Assembly (NCBI GenBank): GCA_040882555.1 | Contig: JBBEBC010000141.1 | Location: 1,644-65,643, forward strand | From: Bacteroidia bacterium | Lineage (GTDB): Bacteria; Bacteroidota; Bacteroidia; M30B66 | Length of the DNA: 64,000 bases | Direction of reading: 5' to 3' | Shown: in pieces, positions 1 through 10,325 of the stretch | How the letters are laid out: each line of letters starts with the position of its first letter | How positions within the stretch are numbered: the first letter of the stretch is position 1 | Notes under the pieces: model-generated | The model's input: the letters and a program-made list of their open reading frames with translations, nothing else | Told to the model about the DNA's origin: nothing | Databases searched by the model: none | Program-made: the position numbers and the translations under genes

Positions 1-258
1 ACCCTCAAGAAGTTGATTGAAATGAAGAATATGTCCTTTTTTGCTTCGTGTTTTCCCATGTCCGCGTTGATCAAAACTCATCACAGCAATTCCATGAGAA
101 GTGAAGAATTCAGCAAACTTTCTATACCTGCCACTGTGCTCGCCCATTCCGTGAATTAAAGCGATTACGGCTTTAGGCTCATCAATGGATGTCCAAACCT
201 GACCATACATTTTAATTTGATCGGAGCCTGATCTCCAGGAAAAGTCGGCGTGCTGCAT
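1..258 (-). CDS. alpha/beta hydrolase (lysophospholipase/monoacylglycerol-lipase-like), partial; the N-terminal part is in the window and the C-terminus runs off the 5' edge
   Basis: The reverse-strand translation starts at ATG 256-258: MQHADFSWRSGSDQIKMYGQVWTSIDEPKAVIALIHGMGEHSGRYRKFAEFF.... It contains the HGxGEHxGRY motif typical of lysophospholipase-type alpha/beta hydrolases. The gene is absent from the ORF track because it is truncated by the window edge. Confidence 0.6.
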   Translation of the reverse strand, partial: MQHADFSWRSGSDQIKMYGQVWTSIDEPKAVIALIHGMGEHSGRYRKFAEFFTSHGIAVMSFDQRGHGKTRSKKGHILHFNQLLEG

Positions 259-387
259 GAAAATGAAATATGGGTAAAAATAAGGATGTTATTGAATGAT
301 TTCCAGAATAAAAAAATTGATGCTAATATTCACAATTATAAAGGAATGCCAGATTCAATTTTGTAGGTTTGAGCATAAACTTACGAA

Positions 388-1476
388 ATGCTTAAAACCG
401 TTCTAAAATTATTAGCAGGGCTTTTTTCCCTATTTATTCTGGCCTTTGGAGGCCTGCTCATATTTTCAACATTAACTGATTATTCTCCTAAGGCAGGCTC
501 TACCGAAGACCTAGCTATTGAAGGCCCCGCTTCCCAAAAGCAAGTGAGTGATACCTTAACCTTGTTGATTTGGAATGTTGGCTATGGAGGTTTAGGTGCA
601 GAGATGGACTTTTTTAATGATGGAGGAAAAGGGACAAGGCCTGATGAGGACTTATACTCGAAGTATTTAAGTGGCATTAAGAATATGGTTAATTCACAAT
701 CTGATAGCACTGATTTTATATTAATTCAGGAAGTTGATAGGGACAGTAAACGTTCCTATAATGTAGATCAGGTGAAGGAAATTGCCGGAACTGCAGCTGG
801 CTTTAGTTATGCTTTCGCATTAAATTATGACGTAAAATTTGTTCCTGTACCTTTCGGCTTGCCATACACCCCTTATGGAAAAACCTATGGCGGTCTAATG
901 AGTTTAAGCAAGGTAAGCCCAGTTTCAGCTACAAGAGTTCAATATCCAGGAGGATTCTCATGGCCTACAGGCATTTATATGCTAGACAGATGTGCTCTTG
1001 AGTTTAGGTATACCACTCCGTGGGGATGGGATTTAATTATCGTAAACACGCACAATACAGCTTACGATGCAACCGGGGAAATAAAAAAGGTTGAAATGGA
1101 ATTTATTAAGGAAAGGTACGAGGCTGAGGTAAAAAGGGGAAATAAGGTGATTGTTGGAGGCGACTGGAATCAAGTTCCTCCAAGTTGGGATTCAAAACAT
1201 TTCAACAGCCAAATGCCTAATGGATACACACCACAGGCTATTTCAGAGGACATGCTTCCAGATGGCTTCTCTGTTTGGTTTGATCCTACATACGCAACAA
1301 ACCGAAGTAATGATAAGGCGTACAATTCGGAAAGCACGTACACAACGCTAATTGACTATTTCATAACGTCTCCAGGAATTGAAGTTTTATCGGTAAAAAC
1401 TATAAATGATGATTTTAAATACAGTGACCATCAACCTGTAAGGCTTAAAGTTGTTGTACATAAAAAAGAACTATGA
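388..1476 (+). CDS. endonuclease/exonuclease/phosphatase (EEP) family protein, membrane-anchored
   Basis: An N-terminal TM helix is followed by a C-terminal ...YSDHQPVRLKV motif (the SDHxPV motif of the EEP superfamily). The 4-bp ATGA overlap with the next gene suggests an operon. Confidence 0.55.
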   Translation: MLKTVLKLLAGLFSLFILAFGGLLIFSTLTDYSPKAGSTEDLAIEGPASQKQVSDTLTLLIWNVGYGGLGAEMDFFNDGGKGTRPDEDLYSKYLSGIKNMVNSQSDSTDFILIQEVDRDSKRSYNVDQVKEIAGTAAGFSYAFALNYDVKFVPVPFGLPYTPYGKTYGGLMSLSKVSPVSATRVQYPGGFSWPTGIYMLDRCALEFRYTTPWGWDLIIVNTHNTAYDATGEIKKVEMEFIKERYEAEVKRGNKVIVGGDWNQVPPSWDSKHFNSQMPNGYTPQAISEDMLPDGFSVWFDPTYATNRSNDKAYNSESTYTTLIDYFITSPGIEVLSVKTINDDFKYSDHQPVRLKVVVHKKEL

Positions 1477-2045
1477 CATTTAAACAACGCCTGTTAAAGC
1501 TATTTTACCCTCAGATCATGAAGGGTAGCAAAATGAATAAGATGGGGGGAGTGTTCGAAAATAAAGCTGCCCTAGCTCCATCTCAGAGTATTTATGACCT
1601 TGAAATTGAATTAAATAGCGGTCAAAAGCTTTCGCTTTCGACGTTTAAAAACAAAAATCTGTTATTAGTAAATACAGCATCAGATTGCGGGTTCACAGGT
1701 CAATATAAAGAGCTGCAAGAACTACATGAACAAATGGGGGAGACCTTGGCTATAATCGGTTTTCCAGCAAATGACTTTAAAGGTCAGGAAAGTGGAAGCG
1801 ATGAAAAGATCGCAGAATTTTGCCAAGTGAATTATGGAGTAACTTTTCCTTTAGCTAAAAAGGCCTCTGTGGTAAAGGGAGAAACCCAACAGGAAGTATT
1901 TACTTGGCTTAGTAACGAAAAATTAAATGGCTGGTGTAACCAAGAGCCGGTATGGAATTTTAGTAAGTATCTGGTATCTGAAAACGGAAAACTCCAGGGT
2001 TTTTACGGCCCCGGAGTTTCACCATTGTCTATTCCTCTAAAATAA
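1473..2045 (+). CDS. gpx: glutathione peroxidase (Cys-type)
   Basis: LLLVNTASDCGFTGQYKELQELHEQ matches the GPx active-site block (NxAS-C-G-T) and has Cys, not Sec. The start is ambiguous; ATG 1473 overlaps the upstream stop, and in-frame ATGs near 1533/1542 would give a more typical N-terminus. Confidence 0.8.
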   Translation: MTFKQRLLKLFYPQIMKGSKMNKMGGVFENKAALAPSQSIYDLEIELNSGQKLSLSTFKNKNLLLVNTASDCGFTGQYKELQELHEQMGETLAIIGFPANDFKGQESGSDEKIAEFCQVNYGVTFPLAKKASVVKGETQQEVFTWLSNEKLNGWCNQEPVWNFSKYLVSENGKLQGFYGPGVSPLSIPLK

Positions 2046-2058
2046 GTTAAGCAACTAG

Positions 2059-3801
2059 TTACTTGCCTTTCTTAATTACTTCTTCAACATATTTCCCCGA
2101 AAGGATTTCATCATAAAATTTTTGATCATTAAGAGCCGCAATTGCTCTTTTAATTTCAGGGTCAAAATTGAATGATGTTTCGATACGGCCTCGCTTAAAG
2201 TAGTAGCGACTTGCAATCTCATCAGCTAGAAGCTCGCTTAACTGCATTTTAGCTTTATCAATATCTTCTTTTTTATCGTGATCAATTTTAGATTTCAGGT
2301 TGTTAAATTCTTCAAAAGCTGAACTAAAGTAATTCTCTTTAGTTGCTACCTCTTGCCACTTCTCAAGCAGCTCTTCACTTTCGGTTTTGTAACTGTATTC
2401 TTTATCTGATAGGAAGTTGCTAAAGTCGCCGAATAGGTCATCACTTACTTGGAAGTTCTTCGCTTCAGCAATTTCTTCGTGAGTTCTTCTGTAAAAAGTA
2501 GCGTAATCAAAAATGAGGTTATTACTCACAATGGATCTTGCTACTGGAGCAAATTCGCGTGGTTCGAGACTTATGTCAGGAATAACTCCTCCTCCATCAT
2601 AAACCTTTCTTCCTCTTAGAGTATTAAATTCTTTAATAAGTGAATCTGGCATTGTGCCAACACTTCCATCTTCGTTACGATGAGAATAATCCTTCGCCTG
2701 AATACATCTTCCGCTAGGAATGTAGTATTTTGATGTAGTGATTTTAAGCTGGGTATTATAAGACAATGGTCTGGAAGTTTGAACCAGCCCTTTTCCAAAA
2801 CTTCTCTGACCTATAATAACTCCTCGGTCTAAATCCTGAATTGAGCCACTTACAATTTCTGAAGCAGAAGCAGAAGAGCGATTAATGAGCACTGCTAGTG
2901 GTATTTGCGTATCAACTGGGGAGTTCAAGGTTTTATAGGTCTTATCCCATTCCTTCACTTTTCCTTTGGTGCTCACGATGTCGATTCCTTTTTCTACAAA
3001 AACGTTTACAATATTTATCGCTTCGCGAAGAAGCCCTCCCGGGTTACCTCTTAAATCAAGAATAACACCTTTCAGGTTTGGATTGCTTTTGAGGGAAGAA
3101 AGAGCATCTTTGACTTCTCTACCTGCATCGCGGGTAAAGCCCGTAAGTTTGATGTAACCGATGTTTTCATCAATCATTCCGAAATATGGAACATTTTCAA
3201 CCTTAATTTCTTCTCTTGTAATTTCCTTCTCTATAGGTTGATCAACTCCATCTCTTCTAATTTTCAATTTTACCGGAGAGTTTGGTGTTCCTTTCAATAC
3301 TTTAACTATGTCACCAGTGGTTTTACCTTCCGTGCTTTTACCTTCGATTTCAATTATAACATCGCCAGCTCTTAGGTCAGCTTTAGCTGCAGGAGAATTT
3401 TCATAAGGCTCAGCAACTACTATAAAATCATCTTTGGTTCTTATTAATGCGCCAATACCACCATACTGACCGGTGGTCATAAAACGCGCATCTTCAATAT
3501 CTTCCTCAGGAATATAATTAGTGTATGGGTCGAGCGACTCCAACATGGCATCAATGCCTGTTTTCATGAGTGCTCCAGGAGGAACTTCATCGACATAGTA
3601 AAGATTTACTTCCCTAAATAGGGTCGCAAAAATGTCCAGGTTTTTAGAAATCTCGAAATAATCGTCTTTAAAGCTCCATGTGAGGAGAGCCATTAAAACT
3701 ATTGGCAGAGAAAGGAAGAAGAGCCTAAAACGGCGGAAGAAATTTTTCATGTTCTTTAATAATAGTGTCAAGGTAACGGATCGTGTCCATGCCCACCCCA
3801 A
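2059..3801 (-). CDS. S41 family C-terminal processing peptidase (tail-specific protease) with PDZ domain
   Basis: GNPGGLL and SASASEIVSGSIQDLDRGVIIGQRSFGKGLVQ are S41 catalytic-region signatures, and the N-terminal segment is hydrophobic. The likely true start is the internal MKNFFRRF at about 3750. Confidence 0.85.
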   Translation of the reverse strand: MGWAWTRSVTLTLLLKNMKNFFRRFRLFFLSLPIVLMALLTWSFKDDYFEISKNLDIFATLFREVNLYYVDEVPPGALMKTGIDAMLESLDPYTNYIPEEDIEDARFMTTGQYGGIGALIRTKDDFIVVAEPYENSPAAKADLRAGDVIIEIEGKSTEGKTTGDIVKVLKGTPNSPVKLKIRRDGVDQPIEKEITREEIKVENVPYFGMIDENIGYIKLTGFTRDAGREVKDALSSLKSNPNLKGVILDLRGNPGGLLREAINIVNVFVEKGIDIVSTKGKVKEWDKTYKTLNSPVDTQIPLAVLINRSSASASEIVSGSIQDLDRGVIIGQRSFGKGLVQTSRPLSYNTQLKITTSKYYIPSGRCIQAKDYSHRNEDGSVGTMPDSLIKEFNTLRGRKVYDGGGVIPDISLEPREFAPVARSIVSNNLIFDYATFYRRTHEEIAEAKNFQVSDDLFGDFSNFLSDKEYSYKTESEELLEKWQEVATKENYFSSAFEEFNNLKSKIDHDKKEDIDKAKMQLSELLADEIASRYYFKRGRIETSFNFDPEIKRAIAALNDQKFYDEILSGKYVEEVIKKGK

Positions 3802-3998
3802 GGATTACATCTCAAAATTCTTCTAACCGCCAGGTAAGAACCTTTAAGTGCTCCATATTTTCTGACCGCATCCACTCCATATTCAGAGCAGGTTGGCGTA
3901 TACCGGCAAGCATTTGGGAGCACCGGAGAGATTGCATACTTGTAGAACTTAATTAGTCCTATGATTATCAGACTTGGAAGTCTGGCCATGTAAGGCAT
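3768..3998 (-). CDS. yidD: membrane protein insertion efficiency factor YidD
   Basis: The CRYTPTCSEY...RCNPWGGHGHDP motif is present, the protein is small, and the gene sits immediately downstream of and overlapping rnpA, the canonical arrangement. Confidence 0.85.
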   Translation of the reverse strand: MPYMARLPSLIIIGLIKFYKYAISPVLPNACRYTPTCSEYGVDAVRKYGALKGSYLAVRRILRCNPWGGHGHDPLP

Positions 3999-4359
3999 TT
4001 AAACGATTTAAAATTAAAATTATTTTCTCTTTAAGAAGAGTATAATTGGTGTTGATTTCACCATTGTAAACGAGAAAGAAGTCAATCTGTTTCTTCTCAA
4101 GAGAGAGAGAATCTATAAGTTCCTGTTTAGATGTACGATAGGCTTCGCGAACTTGTCTTTTAATACGATTTCTATCTACTGCTTTTTTACTTATTTTCTT
4201 AGAAACAGAGATTCCAAAACGCAAAGAAGTTTCAGAAGGAGTTTTTCTAAGCCTGTGCACTATTAAAAAAGGTTCTAAGCGGAATCGTTTTCCTTGCTTA
4301 AAAAGTTTTTCAATATCTGTTTTGCCACTTAAGCGTTCTACTTTGGGCAGCTTATTCAT
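3949..4359 (-). CDS. rnpA: ribonuclease P protein component
   Basis: A basic ~135-aa protein with a ...KKAVDRNRIKRQVREAYR RNR-motif, followed by yidD in classic rnpA-yidD synteny. Confidence 0.85.
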   Translation of the reverse strand: MNKLPKVERLSGKTDIEKLFKQGKRFRLEPFLIVHRLRKTPSETSLRFGISVSKKISKKAVDRNRIKRQVREAYRTSKQELIDSLSLEKKQIDFFLVYNGEINTNYTLLKEKIILILNRLNALHGQTSKSDNHRTN

Positions 4360-4366
4360 GAAGAGT

Positions 4367-5170
4367 TTACTTGCCTTTATTGGCTTCTTTAAGATAATTT
4401 TCTATTGCCATAGTCATAGAAGGGGCATTTGGCATGGGAGCTCCGATATCGAGAATTAAACCAGCTTCAATTGCAGCAGCTGCGGTAGTGCTGCCAAAAG
4501 TGGCAATACGCGTGTTATTCTGAGTAAAGTCAGGGAAGTTCTGGAATAAAGATTTAATACCTGAAGGTGAAAAGAAAACGAGCATATCGTATTTCACGTC
4601 AGAAAGATCACTTAAATCGCTACAAACTGTTTTATAGATTACAGCTTTTGTATAATCAATTTTGTGCTCATCAAGAATTTCAGGAATTTCATCTTTGTGA
4701 ATGTCAGAACAAAGAAGAAGAAATTTCTCAGCCTTGTTTTTCTTGATGACATCCATTAAGTCAATGAACTTCTGCTTTCCGACAAATATTTTTCTCTTTC
4801 TGTATTGAACGTATTTCTGTAAATAGAAAGCAATTGCTTCACTTATGCAGAAGTACTTAAGAGTGTCAGGCACAATAACTCTCATTTCTTCGCAAAGGCG
4901 GAAGAAGTTGTCTACTCCGTTGCGACTGGTAAGGATAATTGCGGAATGATCTAGGATATTGATTTTATCTTTTCTGAAGTCGCGCGCTGAAATGCCTTCA
5001 ACATGGATAAATTGTCTAAAATCAATTTTAACACTGCACTTCTTAGCCAAATCAAAGTATGGAGACTTATCTGATTCAGGTTTTGGTTGTGAAACTAAAA
5101 TGGTTTTTACCCGCTCCATGCGAGAATTCTCCTGTGGTTCTTCTGATTTAGCCATACTTATGGATCCCAT
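4367..5170 (-). CDS. uroporphyrinogen-III synthase-like protein (HemD family)
   Basis: About 260 aa with a C-terminal ...ATFGSTTAAAAIEAGL... block like HemD. The rnpA / hemD-like / DUF4271 neighbourhood is conserved in Bacteroidetes. The assignment rests on a motif plus synteny. Confidence 0.5.
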   Translation of the reverse strand: MGSISMAKSEEPQENSRMERVKTILVSQPKPESDKSPYFDLAKKCSVKIDFRQFIHVEGISARDFRKDKINILDHSAIILTSRNGVDNFFRLCEEMRVIVPDTLKYFCISEAIAFYLQKYVQYRKRKIFVGKQKFIDLMDVIKKNKAEKFLLLCSDIHKDEIPEILDEHKIDYTKAVIYKTVCSDLSDLSDVKYDMLVFFSPSGIKSLFQNFPDFTQNNTRIATFGSTTAAAAIEAGLILDIGAPMPNAPSMTMAIENYLKEANKGK

Positions 5171-5180
5171 AATGTTTTGC

Positions 5181-6272
5181 TTAGATAAGACTCTTCACTG
5201 TTTTAATAATTACAAAAACAGGTAGAATTTCGAGCGTGCAAAAGTACAAAAACAAATGGAATTTAGAAAGAGTCGCACTTCTCAATCCTGTAACTACTCC
5301 ATTAACAACACTATACAAATAGCAAAGGCCTACAGCAAGGAGTCCTCCTTGAAGAATATACTGTGTTAAAGGTTCCGGACTTAGCTTTATACCCAAAGAA
5401 ACAGGAAGCAGAATACTTGCAATTAGGGCACTCATTACCACAATTCCGGTTACATACCTTGCAGCTTCTTCCTGAACGAAGAACACATTTCCCAGAAATC
5501 CAATAGTGATAATCTTAATTCCAAGTAAGCCAGCGCCAATCAGCATCAACTGGAAATAAGGTGATAAATAAGGCAGAAAGGCCGTAGTCCATTCATAGTA
5601 TTCGGCCGTTTGATACATAAATACGGGAGAAACAATAAGAAATAGCAATAAGAACAGTAGAAGGCATCTCCAAATCATATTACTATCCTGTTCCTCAAGC
5701 TTTTGTAATCCACCACGCTTGTATATTCCTTGGAGAATGGATACAATTTCACGGTTGTAGAAGGTATTCAGGATTGCCAGAAAAAAGAAAGAGAATAGCA
5801 TCAATGGAAGTATCCATGCATCAGCATCCTGAATTCTAGGCTTGGGGTTTAAATCTTTAGAGAAGGTGGTAAAAAAGAAGTTCTTAAGTGGAGCCTCATC
5901 GGTAGAACTCTTTATAATAACCGCGGGTTCTATCTTAGCTATTGCAATTGTATCCTTTTTAATTACCGAAGTAGAGTCAGTTGCTGAGCCTTCGTTTACT
6001 TTCTCTGCACTACTTAGTGTTTGAACCGCTACATTCAACCCATCGCTTTTTTTGGGCGTGTTATCAGTAGGTTGGGGATTCTGCTTGGGTACTACTGCCT
6101 GAGAGTCTTTTTTGACAGGCTTTTTTAAAGTGTCTTTTAGCACCTTCGGTGAAATGCTATCTTTCTTCTTCGTTTTGGTAGTATCCTGAAATACTTTTTC
6201 TTCCCCCGTTAGGGGAATAAAATAAAAAGCAGAAGGAAATTCATTTGAAGGCATAAGAAAAGCTAGGTGCAA
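5181..6272 (-). CDS. membrane protein, probable DUF4271 family, with a Lys/Pro/Thr-rich low-complexity N-terminal region
   Basis: The C-terminal half has at least 5 predicted TM helices. The N-terminal ~150 aa are KKP/T-rich. The gene sits next to a hemD-like gene, as DUF4271 genes commonly do in Bacteroidetes. Confidence 0.45.
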   Translation of the reverse strand: MHLAFLMPSNEFPSAFYFIPLTGEEKVFQDTTKTKKKDSISPKVLKDTLKKPVKKDSQAVVPKQNPQPTDNTPKKSDGLNVAVQTLSSAEKVNEGSATDSTSVIKKDTIAIAKIEPAVIIKSSTDEAPLKNFFFTTFSKDLNPKPRIQDADAWILPLMLFSFFFLAILNTFYNREIVSILQGIYKRGGLQKLEEQDSNMIWRCLLLFLLLFLIVSPVFMYQTAEYYEWTTAFLPYLSPYFQLMLIGAGLLGIKIITIGFLGNVFFVQEEAARYVTGIVVMSALIASILLPVSLGIKLSPEPLTQYILQGGLLAVGLCYLYSVVNGVVTGLRSATLSKFHLFLYFCTLEILPVFVIIKTVKSLI

Positions 6273-6341
6273 AAATACAAATGCCGGAAGACCCTCATCA
6301 TATGAAAAGGATATTCCGGCAAATATTGGTAATAATTTTAC

Positions 6342-7163
6342 TTATTTCCTGATAAATCTTTGAGTTTGCTCACCAGCTTCAATGATGTAAACTCCTTTTG
6401 GCAAGGATTCTATATTCAAATCAATTGATTCAGAGCTTGTATTAGTCACCGCTGTAGTGAATATTCTTCCGTTTAAATCTCTTAGTACAATCATTTCCGC
6501 ATTTTCTATGTTTTTCACTGATAGCAAAGACCCTTCGGCTGGATTTGGATAAATGAACATAGTTTTATTGGCTGCAGACTCTGAAATGCTGGTTGAGAAA
6601 TCTTCTTGGATAGACAAATTTGTAGAAAACACATTATCGCCTGAGGTACCATTGTTCCCATTTGCTGCCATAACTGCCGCATGGAAAACAACTACGCCTG
6701 TTCCCGGAGCAGGTGCTGTCCAATTAAAACTCCACGAAGTTGAGCCAGATGCACCAGAATTTCCAGTGCTCGTATGGGTAATATATTTATTTCCTGTACC
6801 AATAAAGCGAGTACGAGCGGGGTCTGTTAGTGTGAGAGAGCCAGGGAGAACACCTGCATCATTTTGTGGAGAAATTTGAAAGCCCCATTTAGAGATTCCA
6901 GGGGCAGTAATACCAACCGTAATTTGATATGTTTCTCCAGGGATATAACCAGATGCAGGGACATTTGAACTAATCATGTCTGATTGCGGAATTGCTGTTC
7001 CAGCGTGACAACCAGATCTTGCGCATGTACGATTCATATCTGCAGGTGAACCGGTTGCTCCTGCTGGAGCGCCTCCAGGACTAGAGAATGTATAGGTTAA
7101 AGTGCTCAGTGAAATTGCCAGAATAGCTATCAATGCTGAAGAGAAGAGTAGAATTTTTTTCAT
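6342..7163 (-). CDS. secreted protein with T9SS type-A C-terminal sorting domain
   Basis: There is a signal peptide, and the C-terminal ~75 aa (MFIYPNPAEGSLLSV...LPKGVYIIEAG...) is the canonical Por/T9SS CTD. Confidence 0.8.
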   Translation of the reverse strand: MKKILLFSSALIAILAISLSTLTYTFSSPGGAPAGATGSPADMNRTCARSGCHAGTAIPQSDMISSNVPASGYIPGETYQITVGITAPGISKWGFQISPQNDAGVLPGSLTLTDPARTRFIGTGNKYITHTSTGNSGASGSTSWSFNWTAPAPGTGVVVFHAAVMAANGNNGTSGDNVFSTNLSIQEDFSTSISESAANKTMFIYPNPAEGSLLSVKNIENAEMIVLRDLNGRIFTTAVTNTSSESIDLNIESLPKGVYIIEAGEQTQRFIRK

Positions 7164-7386
7164 AAATAGTTGTAGATCAATTTAGGTGCGAATATAAAGT
7201 CTAAAAACACAAAAGGTGCTAAAGTGTTCATAATAAGATCAAGATAAATTCAAACTATGAATAATAGCATTTAGTATGTGTGAACAAGAACTAAAGTTGT
7301 TAAGTCTCTAATGCTTATCAATCTCATTAAATTGAGATTTCGCTTTTACAATTTTCTAATGAATAATTTGGAATTAACTTCGAAGC

Positions 7387-8418
7387 ATGATTTCATTGCC
7401 CATTATAAAAGATTGGATTAGTTGGGGTAAAACGTCGGGCTTTCGTAAAATATTGAATGTTATACTATTACGTTTGTCTTATACTATTTCAAACATAAGG
7501 AAAGAGTCCTCCCATTGGGGAATGCCTTTGAGCATTTCTATTGAACCAACAACATCTTGTAACTTACGCTGTCCTGAGTGCCCAAGTGGTTTAAGATCTT
7601 TCTCTAGACCAACAGGGATGCTTGAGCCTGAAGGATTTGCAGCAATAATCCCCCAGTTAAAATCAAGCCTTTGGGCCATAAACTTTTATTTTCAAGGTGA
7701 GCCTTTTCTTAATAAGAATTTGACTGAAATGATAAAGCTTGCCGCCGATGCAGGAATCTACACTGCCACCTCTAGCAATGCTCATTATTTTAAACCTGAG
7801 CTCGCTCGAAAGACCGTTGAATCTGGTTTGCACAGATTAATAATATCAATTGACGGCACTTCTCAAGAAACCTATGAGCAATACCGGATAGGAGGAAAGA
7901 TTGCAACAGTTATTGAAGGGACAAAGGAAATCTTAAAGGCTAAGAAGGAGCTCAACAGCAGAACACCTCACGTGATTTTTCAGTTTCTGGTAGTCAAACC
8001 AAATGAGCATCAAACCGATGAGGTCCTCACATTAGCTGATGAGCTTGGTGTTGATGAAGTAAGGTTTAAAACTGCTCAAGTGTATGATTACGAGAATGGA
8101 AACGAGTTAATTCCTGATAATGAAAAATATTCTCGCTATCGAAAAATGCCTTCAGGGAAATGGCAACTGAAGAATAAAATGGATAACCGCTGTTGGCGGA
8201 TGTGGCAGGGATGTGTTATTACTTGGGATGGTAAAATTGTGCCTTGTTGCTTTGATAAAGATGCATCGCACTCTTTGGGTAAGGTTACAAATATGAATAC
8301 GTTTAAAGAAGTTTGGAGAAGTGAATCTTATAACAGCTTCCGCAACTCGGTGCTAACAAATAGGTCTCAGATTGATATTTGCAGAAATTGTAGCGAGGGA
8401 ACTCAGATTTTTGCTTGA
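7387..8418 (+). CDS. radical SAM / SPASM-domain protein
   Basis: A CNLRCPECPSG CxxxCxxC radical-SAM cluster motif plus a C-terminal Cys-rich region (CWRMWQGC...CCFD...CRNC) like a SPASM/twitch auxiliary cluster. An alternative start is at 7522 (MPLSISIEP). Confidence 0.8.
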   Translation: MISLPIIKDWISWGKTSGFRKILNVILLRLSYTISNIRKESSHWGMPLSISIEPTTSCNLRCPECPSGLRSFSRPTGMLEPEGFAAIIPQLKSSLWAINFYFQGEPFLNKNLTEMIKLAADAGIYTATSSNAHYFKPELARKTVESGLHRLIISIDGTSQETYEQYRIGGKIATVIEGTKEILKAKKELNSRTPHVIFQFLVVKPNEHQTDEVLTLADELGVDEVRFKTAQVYDYENGNELIPDNEKYSRYRKMPSGKWQLKNKMDNRCWRMWQGCVITWDGKIVPCCFDKDASHSLGKVTNMNTFKEVWRSESYNSFRNSVLTNRSQIDICRNCSEGTQIFA

Positions 8419-9390
8419 TTAACGATCTCTTTGCATCAATTTGGCGGCAAAGGAATAAAAGATTTCCTTTTTTGAATCTTCAGCATTTAATGCATCTAAT
8501 TCTGCAATAGCTTTCTTGTAGTGCTTATCCATTTCAGCTTCAGCATCTTTTCTAACTTCAAGGATGTTGAACAATTCACGAACTCGTTCAACCTTTTCTT
8601 CGGTCTGATCGCGTGTTGAAAACCAATCTCTAAGCTCTTTGGATGTAGTTTCAGTTGCTTTTTCAAAAGCTCTTAGGCTTAGAAAAGTTTTCTTATTGGC
8701 TAAAATATCACCTCCAACCTGCTTACCAAACTTTTCCGGATCTCCATAAACATCCAAAATGTCGTCCATGAGCTGAAATGCAACACCGAGAGAGCTTCCA
8801 AAAGAGTACAAATGTTCAGCTTCTGATTTCGACGCTCCTCCGCAAAGTGCTCCAATCTCAAGCCCAGCGCCTAGAAGAACGGCGGTTTTGAGGCGAATCA
8901 TCTCTAAATACTCAGTCAAAGTCACATCCGAACGAAGTTCGAAATTCATATCATATTGTTGACCTTCACAAACTTCAATTGCAGCTTTGTAAAAAACGTC
9001 GAGCACATCTCTTAAGCTTTCATCTGGAGCTTTTGACATCAGCCTACAGGCTTCAACAAACATGACATCTCCTGAAAGAATGGCAATGTTACTGTTCCAC
9101 TTGGAATGAACAGTGGCTTTTCCTCTCCTTAAAGGAGCTTCGTCCATAATATCATCGTGGAGTAGAGTGAAATTATGGAAAATCTCAAGTCCTATCGCAG
9201 GTTCTAGAGCAAGATGAAGATTGTTAGAATAAATATTACACGCCATGAGAACCAGTTGCGGCCTCATGCGTTTGCCACCCATACTTAAGGTGTATCTTAT
9301 TGGCTCGTAAAGCTCTTCCGGCTCAAGCGGAAAATTTAATTCTTCAAGAGCCTTCTTTATTTTTTCCTCAAAGCAAGAATCTGAGATCAT
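8419..9390 (-). CDS. polyprenyl diphosphate synthase (IspA/GGPPS family)
   Basis: Both aspartate-rich motifs are present: LLHDDIMDEAPLRRG (FARM) and FQLMDDILD (SARM). Confidence 0.85.
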   Translation of the reverse strand: MISDSCFEEKIKKALEELNFPLEPEELYEPIRYTLSMGGKRMRPQLVLMACNIYSNNLHLALEPAIGLEIFHNFTLLHDDIMDEAPLRRGKATVHSKWNSNIAILSGDVMFVEACRLMSKAPDESLRDVLDVFYKAAIEVCEGQQYDMNFELRSDVTLTEYLEMIRLKTAVLLGAGLEIGALCGGASKSEAEHLYSFGSSLGVAFQLMDDILDVYGDPEKFGKQVGGDILANKKTFLSLRAFEKATETTSKELRDWFSTRDQTEEKVERVRELFNILEVRKDAEAEMDKHYKKAIAELDALNAEDSKKEIFYSFAAKLMQRDR

Positions 9391-10325
9391 TGAAGAATAA
9401 ATGCAGTATCGTTTATCACTTTTTTAAGACCTTCTTCAAATCCAATCAGTGGCCTATTTATAAGCTGACTCATTTTAGCAGTGTCTGGTTTTCTTCTCGT
9501 CATATCTCCTTCTTCGAGCGGATCTACAAATTTGATTTCACTAGAAGAACCTGTTACACGTATAATTGTTTTGGCAACTTCTAAAATTGTGATTTCAATC
9601 GTTCCGCCCACATTCACCACATCATTGATAAATTTATTTTGATAGAATGCATTGGTACATGCTTCAATGTTGTCGTCAATAAAACAGAATGTTCTTGTTT
9701 GAGAGCCTTCACCATAAATTGTAATTACTTCATTATTTAGCGCTGCGCGGATGAATTTAGAAATTACGAAATCCTTACTTTGCTTAGGGCCAAACGTATT
9801 AAAGAATCTGAAAATGGTGTATTCCAGCCCAAATTCCTGAAAATAAGATCTAAGATATGCTTCTCCTACATTTTTAACAATGGCATAGGGCAATCTAGAG
9901 TTTAAAGGGGTAGTGTGCTCATTCTGAGGAAATTCAACTGGTTCTCCATAGACTTCCGAAGAAGAAGAGAAATACACTCGTTTAACTCCAGTATTCTTGG
10001 AGAGCTTTAGTACATTTTCAATTCCAGCAATATCATCCAGTACAGCAACAGGGTTTTGAAGAGTTCTTAAAACTCCAACAAGAGCTGCATAATGGAAAAC
10101 ATAGTTGAATCTGTATGCAAAGAATACAGCTGAGATATCGCGGTAGTCGTTTGTGTCGCATTTAATAAATCGCACATTATCATGTGGAGATTCGGGAACT
10201 TTTTTGAGTTCACCTGTTCTCAGACTATCTACAATTACGACTAAGTTTTCAGGATTTTCGGCCAATTTTTCAGCTAGGCAGCTTCCTATAAATCCTGCCC
10301 CTCCAGTAATAAGAATGCGTGTCAT
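9387..10325 (-). CDS. NAD-dependent epimerase/dehydratase family protein
   Basis: An N-terminal Rossmann [14 protein letters not shown] motif and a YxxxK-like catalytic dyad. The 4-bp overlaps with both neighbours indicate an operon with rfbA and the polyprenyl synthase. Confidence 0.75.
   Translation of the reverse strand: MTRILITGGAGFIGSCLAEKLAENPENLVVIVDSLRTGELKKVPESPHDNVRFIKCDTNDYRDISAVFFAYRFNYVFHYAALVGVLRTLQNPVAVLDDIAGIENVLKLSKNTGVKRVYFSSSSEVYGEPVEFPQNEHTTPLNSRLPYAIVKNVGEAYLRSYFQEFGLEYTIFRFFNTFGPKQSKDFVISKFIRAALNNEVITIYGEGSQTRTFCFIDDNIEACTNAFYQNKFINDVVNVGGTIEITILEVAKTIIRVTGSSSEIKFVDPLEEGDMTRRKPDTAKMSQLINRPLIGFEEGLKKVINDTAFILQ

Noticed and set aside
1151-1351. Small ORFs in the six-frame track nested in or antisense to large CDSs (e.g. 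1151-1351, 2616-2798, 2966-3157, 4959-5225, 5842-6024, 6553-6879, 12207-12494, 15240-15548, 16425-16858, 27890-28108, 29765-30478, 37218-38255, 45375-45587, 51150-51839, 55053-55277)
   Set aside because: Each is fully embedded in a longer ORF with clear family signatures on the same or opposite strand. They have no motifs and look like chance frames.
1473-2045. Selenocysteine-containing glutathione peroxidase
   Set aside because: The active-site codon is TGC (Cys) in SDCGFT, not an in-frame TGA.
7330-7360. 7-bp hairpin aatctca-ttaaat-tgagatt as an intrinsic terminator
   Set aside because: No upstream gene reads into it on either strand; the flanking genes diverge from this region. It is more likely a chance inverted repeat or part of the radical-SAM promoter region.
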